From a virus (taxonomy: Duplodnaviria; Caudoviricetes), in the IMG/VR virus record IMGVR_UViG_3300008255_000161, positions 1 through 52,858 of that record: DNA of 52,858 nucleotides. One strand, 5' to 3'. Both the position numbers and the translations under genes were made by a program. The notes beneath the pieces are model-generated. The model was not told where the DNA came from. It saw only the letters and a program-made list of their open reading frames with translations, and made no database searches. Of the stretch, positions 49,940-52,858 are shown piece by piece (the first letter of the stretch is position 1; each line of letters starts with the position of its first letter).

Positions 49940-50234
49940 GTTTATCTCCAGAGTAGTGTAGTCTTAACAGAACAGTTAGTACGGCCTCAAACTCTTGCCG
50001 TGATTTTACGTTGTCGAGTGGTATTTCTAAATCACCTGCGAAGCGCAGGATTCGTATCTTTTTCATATCGGGGAATACGCAGACGGCAGGGAAGTAATAC
50101 TGCCTTGGGGTTCCAGTAATCGACACTAGCTTAGCTCGATACCCTTTGGTTATGTGCCAGATGTCCCCCACTTTATAGAAACACTGCTGCCGTTTCTTAA
50201 AGCCTCTTCTGTTGAATTTCCAATCTTTGAACAT
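49926..50234 (-). CDS. Hypothetical basic protein (C-terminal AVLTVLLRL helix)
   Basis: Coupled ORF within the array. Confidence 0.65.
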   Translation of the reverse strand: MFKDWKFNRRGFKKRQQCFYKVGDIWHITKGYRAKLVSITGTPRQYYFPAVCVFPDMKKIRILRFAGDLEIPLDNVKSRQEFEAVLTVLLRLHYSGDKHESI

Positions 50235-50424
50235 ACCTAAGATTCCTCATTTCGACTGCTGCCTGGACGTTACGCTGCGAGACTGTTACGAAAATCGGCG
50301 GGTGTGGTGTAGCGAACTTAGCACTGCCGTAGCCTGAGTTAAACCCCCCGCCGTATTCAGGGTTATGTCCATTACCGAAACCGCTGGGTAGGCGGGTTTC
50401 TTCTTTTCTCCTGATCGATCTCAT
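50197..50424 (-). CDS. Gly-rich small array protein (AVEMRNLR)
   Basis: GFGNGH...YGGGFNSGYG core. Confidence 0.72.
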   Translation of the reverse strand: MRSIRRKEETRLPSGFGNGHNPEYGGGFNSGYGSAKFATPHPPIFVTVSQRNVQAAVEMRNLRYVQRLEIQQKRL

Positions 50425-50618
50425 ACCCGCACCCCCGCTAATTCGACTGCGTAATGCAGCGAAGGGTGCGAGGTGATACAGGGCATGTATTGGAGCGGCT
50501 TGCTTAGTTGGTGTATTTTGTATAGCAGTTTTCTATCCATTTGATCTGGATCGCGGACAAAAGGCCGTGACTTGTACGTTATGTTTTCATAGAAGCGTCG
50601 TACGTCAGATACCATCAT
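50421..50618 (-). CDS. Small array protein (AVELAGVRV*), not Gly-rich
   Basis: ATG at 50618 overlaps the upstream stop. Confidence 0.7.
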   Translation of the reverse strand: MMVSDVRRFYENITYKSRPFVRDPDQMDRKLLYKIHQLSKPLQYMPCITSHPSLHYAVELAGVRV

Positions 50619-50878
50619 CGCAAATTCCTCCACTCGACTGCCTGCATAAGCCCCAGGCTAGAGTCGAGCAAACGGTGTACGGTGTCGGGCCAACCAATGG
50701 GCATGGTGTCGTCGTCATGCCCGTTACCTACATCGATATAGTACCCACCAGAGCCGCTGCCGAAACCACGGGCGCCGACGTAAGAGACTTGACCGTGACC
50801 ACTCCCACTACCTGTTTGGTAGAGGTTGCGGGGGCGGAGAGGGGTGCGCAGTGAGCGACTTATGGACGATACGAACAT
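50615..50878 (-). CDS. Gly-rich small array protein (AVEWRNLR*)
   Basis: GSGSGHG...GFGSGSGG...GNG core. Confidence 0.75.
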   Translation of the reverse strand: MFVSSISRSLRTPLRPRNLYQTGSGSGHGQVSYVGARGFGSGSGGYYIDVGNGHDDDTMPIGWPDTVHRLLDSSLGLMQAVEWRNLR

Positions 50879-51099
50879 TGCAAATTCCTCAGTTCCACAG
50901 CCGTTGCTAACCCCCGCTCAGTAGCAAAGAACGAGGCGTGCGTAACAGGTATGCCTGGGTCTACGGTGTACGGCTGCCGCATGTGTCCGACAAATACAAA
51001 CTCACCGTTCCCAGCTCCTCTGGATATGTTACGGAAGCAGAAATCTCCCGCCCCGTAGGGTGCAACGGACGCCATCAGTATCCGATCATACACGCGCAT
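50860..51099 (-). CDS. Small array protein (AVELRNLQ)
   Basis: YGAG...RGAGNG core; RBS CAGGAG. Confidence 0.7.
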   Translation of the reverse strand: MRVYDRILMASVAPYGAGDFCFRNISRGAGNGEFVFVGHMRQPYTVDPGIPVTHASFFATERGLATAVELRNLQCSYRP

Positions 51100-51166
51100 A
51101 CTACGACTCCTGTTGATAGCTTATAGGTGCTCGCAGATGCGCCAACTCCAAGGAACTCGTGTAGGG

Positions 51167-51538
51167 TCACGGCGCACCTGCCTTGTTGATAAGTTTGTTC
51201 ATCAAGCCCAGCTCGTTCTTCACTTGCCGGGCTTGCGCCAGCATAACTTCCCACGTGATGTCGCTGGGTATGCGCCCCGTCGCTAGGTAGTAACGCAGCT
51301 TGAGGATAGGTGTGTGTATTGGGCGTATCTGCCCCTTGCGGCACAGGGGGTAGCTAACCAGCTTCGTTACTCTGTGGCCTTCTGCGGGTATGGTGTAGAT
51401 CTCGGCGCGCAGCAGGGTAGATCTGGGGCGGGCAAGTACGATGAAACGGGCGCCGCCTTCAGTGAAGTGCTCGGGTGTTACCCACAGGCCAAGTTCTTCC
51501 AGCCTGTGGTTGTTTGGGTTGAAAGTTCGTTTCATCAC
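51167..51538 (-). CDS. Hypothetical early protein
   Basis: ORF track 51167-51565; likely start near 51535-51538 coupled to the upstream gene stop. Confidence 0.6.
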   Translation of the reverse strand: MMKRTFNPNNHRLEELGLWVTPEHFTEGGARFIVLARPRSTLLRAEIYTIPAEGHRVTKLVSYPLCRKGQIRPIHTPILKLRYYLATGRIPSDITWEVMLAQARQVKNELGLMNKLINKAGAP

Positions 51539-51807
51539 GACATCCTCAACACGACAATTATCCACGCAATCAGGGTGTCCCTTGATTGCACGGCTTCGTA
51601 GGGAATAGGCAGAATTCTCACCGCACTACTGGCGGTGTTGCCGTATCGCAGCTCTGCCGTACCCCCCTGGGGAGCGCGGAGGAAGAAAGACCGCTTATGA
51701 TTCAACCGCGCCTCTACGCTGTATTCAAACGACTCTGTGGAGAACGTCCCGCTGCGCTCCATCACTTCTGGTAACTCACGCAGCCGCTCCGCTACTGTTT
51801 TAGTCAT
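51535..51807 (-). CDS. Hypothetical early protein (C-terminal IAWIIVVLRM helix)
   Basis: RBS GAGGT; intact ORF. Confidence 0.65.
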   Translation of the reverse strand: MTKTVAERLRELPEVMERSGTFSTESFEYSVEARLNHKRSFFLRAPQGGTAELRYGNTASSAVRILPIPYEAVQSRDTLIAWIIVVLRMS

Positions 51808-51809
51808 GA

Positions 51810-52214
51810 CTACCTCAATCGCTTAATAGCGTAGAGCCCTAAGCGCACGGCGTTAAAGAACTCCGTTTGTCCGATTTTGTCCACCACGAACTGCTTGGTG
51901 GGTAGGCTCTTACTGAGCTGCGTGGTGAGTTTTTCCTCAGAGCTTGCGTGGGCAATGGTGCTTTCTCCCACCGGCAGCTCGCCAGCCTCGGCAACGTAGC
52001 GCTGCGCCGAAGTAAGCGAATCTACCGCCTTCAGTCGGCGGTGGTCTGTAGACTCTTCTATGGGTGTTTTGTTAATTATCCAATTGAACACCTGTATGAG
52101 CTTTCTCTCCAGCTCTTGTGCTTTATCTTGGTCGGACCGTCTTAGCTCGCACAGGGTGTTGATCCGGCTGCGCATTTCTTCTACACGCGTCTCTAAGTCG
52201 CTTACTCTACTCAT
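51810..52214 (-). CDS. Hypothetical early protein with N-terminal coiled coil
   Basis: RBS CAGGAG; ends YAIKRLR. Confidence 0.65.
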   Translation of the reverse strand: MSRVSDLETRVEEMRSRINTLCELRRSDQDKAQELERKLIQVFNWIINKTPIEESTDHRRLKAVDSLTSAQRYVAEAGELPVGESTIAHASSEEKLTTQLSKSLPTKQFVVDKIGQTEFFNAVRLGLYAIKRLR

Positions 52215-52222
52215 GGGTAATT

Positions 52223-52795
52223 CTCCTGCTGTAAGTGGGTGAACTCAATCGCTTGGGGAACAATTATTAGGCCGGGTCATCAGGCTGTCCTCGTTACCAC
52301 CAACCGTCGCTTGGCTGAGGGCATGTGCGCTGGCATAGCCTCGATACGCAGCCTGTGCTTACGCCCGGTAAGATAAGTGGCAGTCACCTTATGCACCCAG
52401 GCTTTCATCCACACAGGTGCGGGCGTCGAGTCACCGACACGCAGGCACACTAGGTGCTCCACCACCCGCCGCTCCCAACGGTGCGTGATGTTTTGCAACG
52501 CCGTGATGGGTTGGCGTGGGACTGCCAGGGGCGGGGTGTTGACGTACTGGGTTAGAGGATCAAGCGCTGCCGCGAGTTGGCGGTCGTCGAGCACGTCGGG
52601 TGGCAGCGGTCTCGGGATGTGGGCACGCGCAGCCTGATACATTCCGATTATATTGTTGAGCGCAGCCAACGCCGCACTGTGGCTCACGAACAACGGTGGT
52701 GCAGGTGGTAGCTCGGTGTCGTCTGCAAACTCCATCTGCTGATAGCTGATAGGTGTCATAATTACTCCTGTCGTAAGTGGGTGGACTCAATCGCT
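52223..52795. repeat. 31-bp imperfect direct repeat (52223-52253 and 52765-52795) flanking the 159-aa gene
   Basis: CTCCTGCTGTAAGTGGGTGAACTCAATCGCT vs CTCCTGTCGTAAGTGGGTGGACTCAATCGCT, 28/31 identical. Confidence 0.85.
52280..52759 (-). CDS. Hypothetical early protein (159 aa)
   Basis: RBS CAGGAG; intact ORF ending TGA TGA. Confidence 0.65.
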   Translation of the reverse strand: MTPISYQQMEFADDTELPPAPPLFVSHSAALAALNNIIGMYQAARAHIPRPLPPDVLDDRQLAAALDPLTQYVNTPPLAVPRQPITALQNITHRWERRVVEHLVCLRVGDSTPAPVWMKAWVHKVTATYLTGRKHRLRIEAMPAHMPSAKRRLVVTRTA

Positions 52796-52857
52796 GCTTG
52801 GGTGGTGCGGGCTGAACAGACTACTTTGTTGCCGTAGCCGTAGCCGTAGCCGTAGCC
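52762..52857 (-). CDS. 3' end of a truncated (GY)n-repeat array protein ending QAAIESTHLRQE*
   Basis: Hand translation GYGYGYGYGNKVVCSARTTQAAIESTHLRQE*; not in the ORF track because the start is outside the window. Confidence 0.7.
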   Translation of the reverse strand, partial: GYGYGYGYGNKVVCSARTTQAAIESTHLRQE

Positions 52858-52858
52858 G
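52831..52858. repeat. Hexamer tandem repeat (GCCGTA)n at the window end
   Basis: 4.7 perfect copies running off the end; encodes Gly-Tyr on the minus strand. Confidence 0.95.

Noticed and set aside
47990-50903. CRISPR array or integron attC array interpretation of the recurring ~30-nt unit
   Set aside because: Units are too divergent, spacing is 200-300 nt of coding sequence, there is no palindromic attC/CRISPR structure, and no cas or integrase gene is present
51101-52282. Genome-wide UGA recoding (alternative genetic code) to explain tags behind stops
   Set aside because: Many genes end at TGA with ATGA coupling, and core genes are intact under code 11
1-52858. Temperate lifestyle/prophage, tRNA genes, or phage RNA polymerase
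   Set aside because: No integrase, host genes, att-like context, cloverleaf or RNAP motifs seen; the missing genome ends prevent full exclusion

Overview
Near-complete (both ends truncated) genome of a lytic, podovirus-like dsDNA bacteriophage, probably infecting a Gram-negative host (spanin-like lipoprotein, outer-membrane barrel-like gene). Two convergent arms meet at a triple-hairpin site at ~31.04-31.13 kb. The + strand arm (1-31038) carries the terminase large subunit, tail/fibre genes, two exported-protein genes, a lysis cassette with an alpha/beta hydrolase, portal, scaffold, major capsid, adaptor, internal proteins and a 2501-aa polyvalent protein. The - strand arm (31134-52858) carries primase-helicase, an HTH regulator, an SSB-like protein, SNF2 helicase, HNH and VRR-NUC nucleases, dUTPase, a PD-(D/E)XK nuclease and a family A DNA polymerase. 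Its early region is the most unusual part: a MoxR-type AAA+ ATPase and an HExxH-peptidase/vWA protein are co-transcribed with an array of about 13 small, mostly Gly-rich, otherwise unrelated ORFs. These ORFs share a C-terminal [A/S]-[I/V]-E-x-x-x-L-R motif that usually abuts the start codon of the next gene, and they surround a tandem-domain GW..G/R.WG protein. Two more copies of the motif lie in-frame behind stop codons, in identically sized 21-codon stretches. No integrase, tRNA, rRNA or CRISPR array was seen. Family names come from motif recognition by eye, not database searches.
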